Origin: Rhizophagus irregularis
Taxonomy: Eukaryota
DNA length: 64,000 nucleotides
Direction of reading: 5' to 3'
Assembly: GCF_026210795.1 (NCBI RefSeq)
Contig: NC_089433.1
Span: 4,092,001 to 4,156,000 of the forward strand
Shown here: positions 48,996 to 61,057 of the stretch, one piece after another
Position numbering within the stretch: the first letter of the stretch is position 1
Layout of the letters: every line of letters starts with the position of its first letter
Translations under genes and position numbers: made by a program
The notes under the pieces: model-generated
The model's input: the letters and a program-made list of their open reading frames with translations, nothing else
Told to the model about the DNA's origin: nothing
Databases searched by the model: none

Positions 48996-50849
48996 TCATG
49001 TCCAGATAACTTTGTTCGCATTTTTCACATGGCAGTATCCCGCGGTTTCAAACTTGAAAGTCTTTAGAGTCGTATCTGCATTCTCTGAACAAGTGAAAAG
49101 CGCGGGGCTATCTGGCTGTTCTTCTAAAATAAATCCGTCTGTATGGATACGTCGTACTTTATCCTTGTATGGTTGAATTGCCTCAGATGTGATTTTGCGA
49201 CCACGTGCTAATAAGAATGGGGCGATCCTGGGATACTCACCTTTGAAGGGATTACCCGGGTTTGTAAACTGGAATCGCCACTGGTCGGATCCTACTGGTA
49301 TGATAGAGTCGAGTGTATGGCCCTCTGGAAATGTAAATGGGTCTGTTTGATCTGTGGTGAGTGTCTTATAATTACGCTTCCTCTGGCATAATGCTCCTCA
49401 TAATGTGTTGAGGACTCGCTTTGCCACGCGGCCAGCTACGCCACCCTGGTTTTTAATTTTGAAGAGGAAGTATACATACTCACCGAATATTACAGTTCCA
49501 GGAATTCTCGCTTCTCTATCATATATCAATGCATTTGGCTTCCCATCCTGTATTAACTGTATATTGAGACCAAGTTTTTTTGCTCGTTGTAAGTCGATGA
49601 ATGTATAGATTCCCCTTTTATTCTGTCGGAAGAGAATATTATTCCCACTTACCTTGGCACGGAATAATCCATACAAGGCATAACCCCTGTGGTCAACAAA
49701 GTTATTAAGTGTCTGGAATTTACCCCGTCTGATTGGAAAGTTCGCGTTCGATTGTTGGATACTCGGGTATAAACTTGTTGCGTCGTACTGTCTTCCATAG
49801 CCCTTCCACTCATTATCTGCCCAGATTAATCCTCCCATCATTGCATCACTTAACCACTCTGCTTCTATCGGGTCAAGAGGATCATTGGCTGGAATCCCTA
49901 CACTTAATCGTTCGAATAACCAGAGAGCCATTCTTTTGTAAGACCAGTTATGGTATGATAAGTCGATTCCTAAACCGAACTTCTTTGTAGTCTGTAAAAA
50001 GACATCCCGCTCCTCGTGGATTCTCTGATATGCTTCTTCAAGAGTTTCATATATTCCCGTTTTACGGTTTTTCTCAACAGAGATAAAGGAACTCTTGGAA
50101 TTCTTAGTTTTTTGAAACTGCGCAATTGTGCAAGACTTAACTGTTTTGCCGTTGTATATTGTGACTACATTGTTTACTCCATCTTCATGATACACAATGG
50201 GCAGATTACGCTTCCTATCTAATTTACTGGGGTGGAGTCTTCCGGGATTTAACGCGAGGGAGTAATGACCCTCAGACAGGATGAGAGTCGCACGTCTATC
50301 GGACTTACTCTTAGAGATTCGGGTAATGTCCCCCACAATATTAATTGTGAGACTTCCTGCGAGTTGTTCAACCTTGTCCATGCATGAAACTGGGATGGGA
50401 GCATCGCGATTGAGACCTAATGCCTTTTTGATATACTCAGGCTTTTCGATTGACTTTGGCATTTTAGAGAATGTGCCGTAGATATATTTCAGGCATTCAT
50501 ACAGGCAATCATTTAGCTCCCCGTTGCAACCTCCTGCGGCTGGTGGACTATCTCTCGCATAAATTATGAATTGTTCAAAATAATCAGGGTCTGCGTCATC
50601 CAGTAGTTGTGCTTCATCATAATGGTCTAATAGTGAAAAGAGGCTGGCTGGTTGGTTTCCTGATGTCCATCCACTGGGTTTCCAGTTTTCATAGGGAAGT
50701 AGGATCTGGAACTTTCTATCTGGAAATCGCGCCTGAAGAGTCTGACCGAGTCTGGTGATAGCTCCTCTGGAAAAGCGGGCACCAGAATATTGAAGTTCCT
50801 TGATGTCAGGTCATGTTGGTAAAGTGCGGGCGATTCTTGAGTATTGCAT
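48996..50849 (-). pseudogene. Compact family-B DNA polymerase (617 codons) with two in-frame TGA stops
   Basis: One frame from ATG 50849 to TGA 48996; MMGG, motif A YDATSLYPS, motif B KRVLNTL*GAL, motif C RIHTDG; stops at 50811-50813 and 49398-49400. Confidence 0.85.
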
Positions 50850-50932
50850 TTTTATGTATATGATTTGTCTTCAAATATAAATAATAACTTTCTATATATA
50901 CGAAAAAAAAAAGAAATAATCTCAAATAGTGC

Positions 50933-53376
50933 TTACAATATGTCGTTGATAACGCCCTCAGTATCCTCTTCGTTCCAGTCATCGATGATTCCATTGGCGG
51001 CCTCCCATTCACGTTCCATATCAGTTTTTGGACGTTCCTCGGGGATCTCTCGCGCTTTTCCCTTATCTGCCCTCATAGTTTCATACCCAGAGGGGGTGGG
51101 AATAATCTTGGCATTACGATTCTCCTTGTATACTCTTATTAAATCCGCGAGTTCTTTACGGCTAGGTGTTTTAGATAAGTATCCATTATATTCGATCCAG
51201 TCCTTGAAGCGGTCTACTACTTCCATAAGGTAGTACTGGTACTCATCCTCAATACGCGTTGTGGGACATTCCTCTACTTCAAACGCGAGTATTTCCCAGT
51301 CATAGTCATCTGACGCATCTTGATACTTGGCCCATAATTCCTTACCTGTATTGTAGAGATCATTGAAGACCTGGTCCTTTAAATTTTTAACCCACGGTTT
51401 GCGATCCCATCGGTGTCTTTCATGCCAAGCCCAGTGCGCTCGAGTGCCTTCCTTTGGTTCAGGATCCCGGTCGACTTCTGGTTCTGTGTCAGGTTCTGGG
51501 ATAAGTTGCTCTTTGGGAGCCGGTACTACTACAGGTTCTGTAGAAAATTTAGAATCTGCGAGGGATTCAGATTTTGTGGAAGATTCTGCGGGTTGTTGCT
51601 CAAGAACTGGGTCCACGGTTGTAGAATCCGAGTCTGATAACAAGTCGTCTAAAACGTCATAGTCATCTGGCTCGGGGGTGGGTTCTTCTTGGTCAGGTTC
51701 CTCGTCAGATAGATAACAATCTGAGAAGCTATCTATAGGTTCATCGGTGTTTGACTCACTAGTGTTTACATCGGGATCCGGTTGTTCTTCCCTTAACCCT
51801 TGTGGACGTTCTTTTAAGTGGTCAGGCTTGGGTGGAAGCGGTGGAGGAGTCTTGCGAATTACAGGTGCGGGTTTTTCTTCAGCGGGTTCGGGTTTTTCCT
51901 CTGTGGGTTCGGGTTTTTTCTCAGCGGGTTTATCCTCTGCAGGTTTCTCGGCAACTAACTCTACTTCCTCTACTGGTGCTTCCTGTACGTCTTGTACATC
52001 TTGGATTACTTTACTAAAATTCTCCGCGATTTTTGCTTTATCTAGTATGTAATAGTTTATTCGGGTACCTGAGCGGCTTACACGCATTTTGGGGGCGAAT
52101 TGTTTAATCTCCATACCGAATTTATTGTCACTTAGTGTTTTGTTTTCACCCTTCTCACTGCACCAGTTTTGGTAAGTACTATAGAAATTTGTACACGGGA
52201 TTTCAAGTGTATCACAATTGTCGGGCCACATTATTTCAAGGTAATATTGTATAAAACGCTGGGGATTCGGGATACTTGCTTCGATTAACTCCCGTTTCAT
52301 TTGAATATCAGGAATAGATCGGGGATTGAAGCCAGTTAAGTCTCGGCTAAGTAGATAGGACATGAAGGAACTGGCTGTATCCAGATTTTCTAATACTTTT
52401 ACGAGAGAACTGAAGTATTCTCTATTGCCCTTATATTTGGCTGAGACGTTGAGAGCTACAAATCTTTCATCCCCCATTTCTATACGGATTGGCATAGCAT
52501 GATTACTGAGGATCATGTAGCCAGCAAAGTCATCAATAACCTTCACATCTATCCCCTTTTCCTCGATAGAGATGTAAGGCTCGGTGATTAAACTCTTGAG
52601 TCGGTTGTTTGCCCCATGCCATTCCTTGCCTGACATATCGCATTCATTGAGGATGATAAGTTTTTTGGCATGAACAGCCGCATTGAACCTTCCCATTACA
52701 TCTTCAAGACGCGTAGTGGAAAGGAAGTTTTCACGGCCGAGAATACGTTCTCTGATAAAATCGGTTAAGATATTCTTACCACATCTGGGGGGACTGCGCA
52801 TGATAATTGCTGTACCGGGTTTTTTGTCTGGATTTTGAATAAGGAATGCGAGCCAGTTGAGGATGTATGTGGTTAACTGCTTGTCCTCCGCACACCATAC
52901 CTCATGAACGTGTCGGATGATTGGATTAACTAGATTTAGTTTGATGCGCTCAGCGGGTTGGGCCCTGAAACCTAGGAAGAGATTGAAGAATTCAGGATTA
53001 TACTTTGGTGCGTTTGGGGGATAAGGCATGAAGTTTACATCTGTATAACAGATCTTTGCAATTGAGGCTTGGAGAAGAAGATCCTTTAATTTGGTGGATG
53101 TGGTCGCATCACTGTCTTCTCCGGTATCTGACCGAATAATTACCTTGTGCTTAGTAGAAATCCCCTTGAGATCTGCGGCGAACTCGAAGTATATACTTCC
53201 ATTGTAAGCCTTCTTTTTCTAATCCACATGCCGGATTTTGTGGTGATGAAAGCCACAGAAGCCGAGATTGCTGAATTGACGCTTTCTTTCGTGTGTGTAC
53301 CTACACATTTTTTAAGAAGGTCATCGTAGAAGAAACGGTTGTTGGGGTTAAAGATTGCTGGAACTTGAGCGGCCAT
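50933..53376 (-). CDS. SF3/D5-like helicase with long acidic/Pro-rich tail; one frameshift near 53215
   Basis: FNLFLGF, YILNWLAFLIQNP, Walker A SPPRCGKN, Walker B IILNE, motif C ILSNH, RFVAL; adding one base to T5 (53214-53218) joins ATG 53376. Confidence 0.85.
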
Positions 53377-53404
53377 TTTTTGTTCTATTAAATCGAGTAC
53401 TAAT

Positions 53405-53965
53405 TTATAGTTACCTAATCTTCAATTGCCGAATGTATTTTTTCTGACGGGGGCAAGTGGTTATAGTTCGGTGGTCATAGTTTGATGGTCATAATTCGGG
53501 TGCCATAGTTCAGGTGCCATAATTCGGGTGCCATAGTTCAGCTGCCATAGTTCGGCTGCCATAGTTCAGGACATAGGGGGTCATACTTGGGGGGTCTAGG
53601 TGAGTATATAAAGGGTAATCATAGCGTGAATCAGGTTTTGGGGTCTAAGGGGCTGACTAAGGCTGCCATAGTATTATTATAAGGTTTTTCGTACTATGGC
53701 AGGTACTATGGCAGGAGATTCTGTCTGATTTCGGCTTTATTCGCGTTTTTATTCCGTTTTTAAGTAGTCTGCCATAGTTGCCATAGTTGTCATAGTAAGT
53801 TATATATAAGAAAAAATGTAGAAAAAAAAATAAGTGGAAAAATACCGTGGCAGACCATGGTACTGTGGCAGGTAAACCTGCACCACGGAGGGGGGATGTA
53901 GGTACTGTGAGGCCGCGAGGCCGAGGTGGGAGGAGCATAGCGAGGCACACTACCAGCCCGACGAC
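53405..53965 (-). repeat. Right terminal inverted repeat (561 bp)
   Basis: Ends CCAGCCCGACGAC; about 60 bp fewer internal repeats than the left TIR. Confidence 0.95.
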
Positions 53966-54959
53966 ACTACGAAGAAGATTACACCATCATTTGATACACT
54001 CAACTTTCGGTATAATAACCATATTCCATATATCCGTTATTTGTTTTTCTGTTACATTCTTTTGCTTCATTATTCTCGTTGCGTCATTTATATTTCTTTT
54101 ATTTTTTTCACATAAATACCTGCAAGTAAAAGAAAGAAAAGAAACGTTAAAACATTTCTAAAATAAAAAAAAAACTGACTTCCCCTCCCATTTACCTTAT
54201 TATCCAAAGTCCGGTGCGTAGTTTTGACCGGCATTCTGGGAAGGGAAAGATGAAGCCACACTAAAATTTTAAAAAAAAATAAAAAAAAAATTTTTTTTTC
54301 CGCGCCTATAGAGCCAAAGGACGAGGATAAAAGTTTAAAACAGAATGCATAAGATTCTTTTTTAAACTTTTGATACGTGTAACGGCTATAACGCGTGACG
54401 TAGATATTCGACCAGCATGAACTGGCAGTTTTATTGTTAATATCACGTGATAAATGATATACAATTGATCGTACAATTGGAGAATACAGTATGTATGATC
54501 TTAAAAATTTTTTTTAGTTAAAATTTTTTTTCCAATATAGATGCAATTAAAAGTCTAATATAATATTTTATTTATATATTGTACAAGACAATTTACAATG
54601 AAATTAATAAAATTATACTTTAAAAATAAAATATTGAATATTACGTGATCAATTCATTACTATTTACTACTGCCAGTTTGATTTTAAAAATTTAAACTAA
54701 ACTTTTTTAAGCAACTCCCTTTATTCGCCCTTTCTCATTTCTTTGTTTTATCCTTCTTCCCTTCCTTCATTCTTATAAAAAAAATTTTTTTTTATTTATT
54801 TTTTTTACGGTTTTTAACTGTCATATTTTTATTTATAAAAAAATAAACCATTTTTCTTCCTTTATCCTTTCCTCCTCTCGTATTTATCGTATTTATTTAA
54901 AAAAGCCCATGAAAAAAAAATTTCAAATTCTATAATGAAACGCTATAACATTTCAATTT

Positions 54960-56300
54960 TTTCTTCTTTTGCTAGGTGTATTTCATTTTCTGGGTGTACA
55001 TTTTGTAAGTTTTCAAAAAAAATTTTTTCTTTAATTTATTTTAATAAATGGTCACCACTAACAGTTCATTTTTTCCTTTTTTTTTTAGACAAACTTTTGA
55101 GTCTTTGGATGCGTTGGAATTCAGTACTAGGCAAGGGTTTTTTTATTATCTTTTTTATTTATAGTCATAGTATTAAGGCTAATGGAATTTTTATCTTTTT
55201 TTTAGACAGGTCTGGATGCGTAAATCTCAGTAAAATTCAGAAAATTTTTTTTAGACAGGTCTAGAATGTGGATTTTGGTAGGAAATGGTGAAATTGAAAA
55301 TTTTCTTAGATGAGTATAGAACATGGATTTCAAGATTTGAACATTTTCTAATGTTCATCTTTTCTTTTTCTTTCAGTAAACAGTCCTAGACGCGTGAATT
55401 TGTTATAAGAATTCTTTTAGAATGATCTGGACATAGAATTATGGTGAGAAATTAAATTTTTTTTTAAATTTTATTTATTCAAATTTTCTAATGTTACATC
55501 TTTTCTTTCTTTAGACAGGTCTGGACACGTGAATTTTGGGTTTTGGATTTTGAATTTTAACTTTGGATACGAGATTTAGGCAAGTAAATCAGATTTTTTT
55601 CTTTATTTTTTTTTAACAAACTTTGCTAACAGTTCGTTTCTTAGGCAATTTTTCAGATTTTTGGATGTGTGGGATAGATTTTGATAGGGAGGTTTTTTGT
55701 TAAATGATTTCTTTACGAAACATTTACTAACATTTTGTTTTTTTTTCTTTTTTATTTTAAGATTCGATGAGGTAGGTACCTTTGGAACATCGTAAAGTTA
55801 TGTGAGAGTTGATTTAAGTCAAGTCAACCTGTTGATTGTATTGAAGATAAGTACTGTCATTCAAGATCAAGACCAAATTCAATAATCTATCTTTGACATA
55901 TCAAGTATGACCTGAGTAATGGTCTGACACATTAAGTGCATAGGATTTTGGTGAGAAATTGGCTGATTTGTTCTCTTAATGAAATGTTTTCTAACATTTT
56001 GTACTTTCTATATTTTTATATGGTTGTCTTTAGATTTCTTTGATGTGCAAGAATTTGCTATTCTTTGAACTATTTATTTTAATGAAACATTCATTAATGT
56101 TTCAATTTTTTCTTTTTAGATGTGGGATAGGTAAGTTTCAAAAAAAAAAAAAATCAAACTTTAAAAAATTGATTTTAACTTTTTTTTTGTAGGAACTTCA
56201 GCTATAACTCTGAATGGCTGAATCGGGTAAGTTTTTGAAAATAATTTGAGACTCTTAAAAAATGTTCTTATTAACACTTTTCTGCAATTATATAGGTCCT
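54960..56300 (+). repeat. Degenerate intron/microexon-like repeat array
   Basis: Recurrent CTAA(C/T)...T-rich...TTTAG|ACAGGTCTGGA...GT units; no coherent ORF. Confidence 0.5.
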
Positions 56301-58524
56301 GGCTTTAAAATTTTGAAACTTTATCTTCTGCAGGACTTCATTCTTTTTTCTTAGCTTAAATTCAGATTTCAGATCAATCAGGTGATACTATAGATTCCCA
56401 CCTTGTTATGGTTGTGTCACCAGGGGCGCTATGTCAACGGAAATTTAGTACGTTGATCGCTTAAAAATCCGCGGCTATCCAATTATAACAAGAGGAAAAG
56501 GAAGAAGATTGTTGGCATAAATCATCTTCAACATCATTCTACATGTCAGATTATAGTATATATGATAGAATTATTTTTAGAATTTAGACATAGACAATGT
56601 ATTTGATGTATTTGTAAATTGTAATGTAATTTTATTATTAAAATTGCACAATAAATTTTACGATGAATTTATAGGTATTTTTTAATATGATCATATAATT
56701 TTTTCAAATTATTAGATTAATAATACATTATAATAAAAAATTAAAGAAATACTGCATTATAAAAATTTATCAAAAATTCATTAAATTCTTTATAGCATCT
56801 ATATAGCTGATGTGAAGTAATGAGAAAGAAACTATATAGTCAAAACAAAAAATTGCCGCTAGCACTTGATCATATAGTCATGTGACAGTAACATGCAAGC
56901 GGTGCTAAAGTCGCCAAATCATAAGTTTCAGCAATGTATTATAATCAAATCCATATCCAAAATTCTCTAAATCAGATTTTTGAATAAAAATTTTAATTCA
57001 AATGGTTTTAGTTAAATTAATAATTTATCGAATAAAATGAGTATCAAAAGAATAATAATAATAAATGAAAATTTAACAGATTCTAAGACATTTAATTGTT
57101 AAAATATTTTTCCTAAGTTGATTATAAGTTTAAAATTGACATAATATAAAATAATAATAAGAAATAATTATAAAATTTATAATTAATTAATAAAAATATT
57201 TGTAGTATTTTCATAATATTAAAATTTTTTCGAAATTACTTTTTAAAAAATTAATCGATTTTTATTGATAATTATTTTTTCACAATTTCTTAATTAATCC
57301 GAATTTCATTCTACACTCAAACGTTAAATCATTAATATAAGATACATTATTTAAATATAATTTATATCATTCTAATTTATAAATATAATTTAATACATAT
57401 TATTTTATTATTTTTTGTTAACTAATTATTACCTATATTAAATTCCTAATTATAAACAAAACTACTATAACCATCTTTAATTTACTTGGTATTACATTAT
57501 AATACTAAATTTTTCTATTTAAACAAACTCATTGGTTCTGGTGCGAAGCAATGGGTAACTGCTAGTGGTGTATTATTATTTATTTCGTCTTTTAGGCTTA
57601 GATCTAGATCAGTGAGATTTTACGATAAGCGCAATTTTTGTTTTTAATAATTTTTTTCTTATTATTTTACTAATTTTTTTTCTATTTTTTTTTCATGGTT
57701 CCAGCCCTTAAGTTTGGATTGTTGATATAATCAAAATAAATATATATTTTTTTATTGAATAAATATGTTTTTTAGTTAGAATAAGTATATTGTTTACTTA
57801 ATAACAAAAACACATAATTTATTTAAATTTAAATGAAAAATTTTATTGATATATTGATTTAAACTGTTGCAACGCAACTATTTTATACTAATATGTATCC
57901 TATACGTAAAAGCAAAGGATCGAGAATGAATATTAGTAATTTGTAAATTTAATAAATACTAAATGTACACAAAATATATCATTAATTAGTCCGAAATGTA
58001 ACGAAGGACTATATATATCTACGCAAGTTGAAGTGTCATTCTGATATATAAAAATAAAAATAAATATATGTTTATCAAGAATCATACTATAAACATGTTA
58101 AGAATGATATTTTGGCTTTGCATGATGTGATATTGTGCAACAAAAAAACTTTAAATGGTACTTCGGACTTAATAGCGGATTCCGTTTCGTATTATTCGAA
58201 AAATATCGATGATTAGAAAATTTTTTCACTTTAACACTCTGTTAACCAGTCATCTCTATGTATCAATACTCATAAATAGTAAATTTTGTTTGCCTTTTAA
58301 TATTAGCAAAGATTTTTTTTTTATTGATAATATCATACTAATAAATAATACTTTACAGAATATGACGACTATGGCGTAGTTAAAACTTAATTTTTAATTT
58401 GGAAAGAATCTGCATCATTTAACCATATTTAAATAAAATAAACTTACAGGGACTTGAACTTTTATAGTTTTATACACTTTCTCCTCACACATATTAAAAC
58501 TATTTTTTTTTTATCTAAAATAAT

Positions 58525-60042
58525 ATGTCAACACAATTTCTTTCAAAATTAAGTCAAAACTATATTGAGTTATTAGAAGATGATGAATATTATGATATTA
58601 CAATTGAAGTTGGCGAAGATCCTAATGTAAAAATCCTTCGTGCGCACATGAGCATTTTGTGTTACCGTTCTCCATACTTGCGAAGAATTTTAGCTTCTAA
58701 CAAAAATCGAAGTAAGGAGAATATTTTAGCTCATATTAAATTATCAAATATTTCTCCCGAAGTCTTTCAAATTATTTTGAAGTAAGTTTATACATTAACC
58801 TGTTACGAAATATCATAGACTCAAATTTTTAAATTTTTAAATTCGAACTTTAAATTTTTCGTATAGATATATTTATGGTGGTATTCTTTCATTAACTGAT
58901 GACACTTTAGAAAATTTCAAAATTTTATTGACTGCCGATGAGCTGCTTCTTCAAGAGGTAGTTGATTATTTACAGAAATATTTTCTTGAGAGTAAATCTG
59001 AATGGATGGAACAACATTTGAACTTGTTCATAGAACAAGCTTTCAATCAAATTCATTGTTAGAACTTCAACAATTTTGTACGAATTTTATGGCAAACTCT
59101 CCAGAGAAAATATTTAAATCACTTGATTTCACATCACTTCCCGAAAAATCTTTATTTCAACTTATTAAAAGAGATGATTTACAAATGAAAGAAATCGAAG
59201 TTTGGGAGCATGTATTAAAATGGGGTCTTGCACAAAATCCCACACTCCTTCCAGATCCTAATACTTGGTCAGATGACGATTTCAAAACAATGGAAAATAC
59301 TTTACAACATTGTTTACCCTTGGTTAGATTTTTTAGTTTATCATCAAAAGAGTTCTTACAAAAAGTTCGTCCTTATAAAAAACTCTTAAAAGGTCAACTT
59401 TATGAAGATTTATTAAATTCTCATTTGGATCCTGATAGTGAATCAATTAATAATATTTCACTTCCTAGAAATATTAAAAATGATGAAATCATTGATTCAA
59501 AAATTGTTAATAATTTAAGTATTATCTCAACAATTTCAAGACGGATTGATAAAATAGTAATTAATAATAAATTTGATCATTTAAGAGAATTATATTTACC
59601 ATATAAATTTCAATTATTGTTAAGAGGAAGTCGAGATGGATTTTCTCCTAAAAAATTTCATGAGATTTGTGATGGTTTGCATAATACTGTTACTTTTATT
59701 AAGGTAAGTGGAACAGAAGAAATTCTTGGTGGATATAATCCTATAAAATGGGAATCTACTGGTTGGGGTAAAACAAAGGATAGTTTTATTTTTTCTTTTA
59801 AAAATAACTTTATTAAAGATGCAATTTTTAGTAATGTGGTAAATACAGATTATGCATTGAGATTTTACGTCCAGTGTGGTCCAAATTTTGGTAAAGATAT
59901 TATTTTATGTTCTAAAAATGATGAGACCGCAAATTATGATCATTGTTATTATCAAAGATGTTTTTATGAAAAAATGATAAGAGATATCAGTAGTAATTTT
60001 TCTATAAAAGATTATGAAGTATTTCAAATTAAAGTAAGATAA
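58525..60042 (+). CDS. BTB/POZ-BACK-TLDc protein, copy 8 (intron 58782-58866), one frameshift
   Basis: CATTTGAA at ~59015 lacks one T relative to paralogous CAT TTT GAA; otherwise open. Confidence 0.8.
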
Positions 60043-61057
60043 ATGTACAATATTTTTTACATCAGATGAAGTATACTAATTTTATTTGAACATGAATTTA
60101 ATTTAGAAATATTCAAATTTAAGATTTATACATGCAAATTCTTTAAGGAAATTTTAATGCATGTTAATTGTTGTTTTATTTATATTTTTATACATTTATT
60201 CATTTTCGTATATTATTTTCGAAATTTCATTTCATTAATTTATCTCAGCCTTTTAGTTAAGAGCGGTAAGTCAACGGTCAACAATAACTTTGGGTTGCTT
60301 ATAATTTTTTCCTTTAATCTATCCATTCTTTTATATTTTAATGGATGCATGAAACTGACATTCTAAAAAGCTAATATGCAAATCATATACAGGGTCTATC
60401 CTAAATCTAATAAAGAAATGCGTTACAATTTTTTTTTTTTAAAAAAAAATCCTATACAGGATCGATAACGAACATAATAATTTGTAAATTTAATAAATAT
60501 TAAATGTATACAAAATATAAACAATTTATCACCGATGATATATAAAAATGAATGTCAATGATCAAAAATTTTTCACCGTTAACTAATATACAGTAAATAC
60601 TACCGTACAATATCTATATTATCGTATGGCTAATGCACGAATAAACTATCGATATTTGATATTTTACGCTATTGTACGATAATGAAAATATCGGTCAAAT
60701 AAAATCCACATGATCCTGGGCCGTGAGATAATAAAGGATTTATTAGACTTTCACTTGAATACTTGATAAAATCAAAAATATGACTCGTTTTTTTTATTTT
60801 TGTTAACATTGATCCACTGGCTTAATGATGCGTAAAATTTGTTTATTTTTTAATATTAGCTAGGATTTTATTTTTTTATTGGGTATATCATACTAATAAA
60901 TAATAATATTCTACAGACTATGACGTAATATAAACTTAATTTTTCAATTTGGAAAGAATCTGCGTCAATATTCCATTTAATTCATAATGAGTTAAACTTT
61001 TATAGTTTTATACACTTTCTCCTCACACACATTAAAATTATATTTTTTATCTAAAAT

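Larger units (their letters stand above)
30668..53965. mobile_element. Maverick/Polinton-like large DNA element with a Gag-protease module (23.3 kb; ~15.2 kb without the nested LINE)
   Basis: Long TIRs; ACTAC duplication (30663-30667, 53966-53970); integrase, A32 ATPase, PolB and SF3 helicase; intronless, densely packed and visibly GC-richer than flanks. Confidence 0.9.

Noticed and set aside
48996..50849. TGA recoded as Trp in the element
   Set aside because: Trp is TGG elsewhere, TGA is also the true stop of this gene and of the F-box gene, and simple transitions explain both stops
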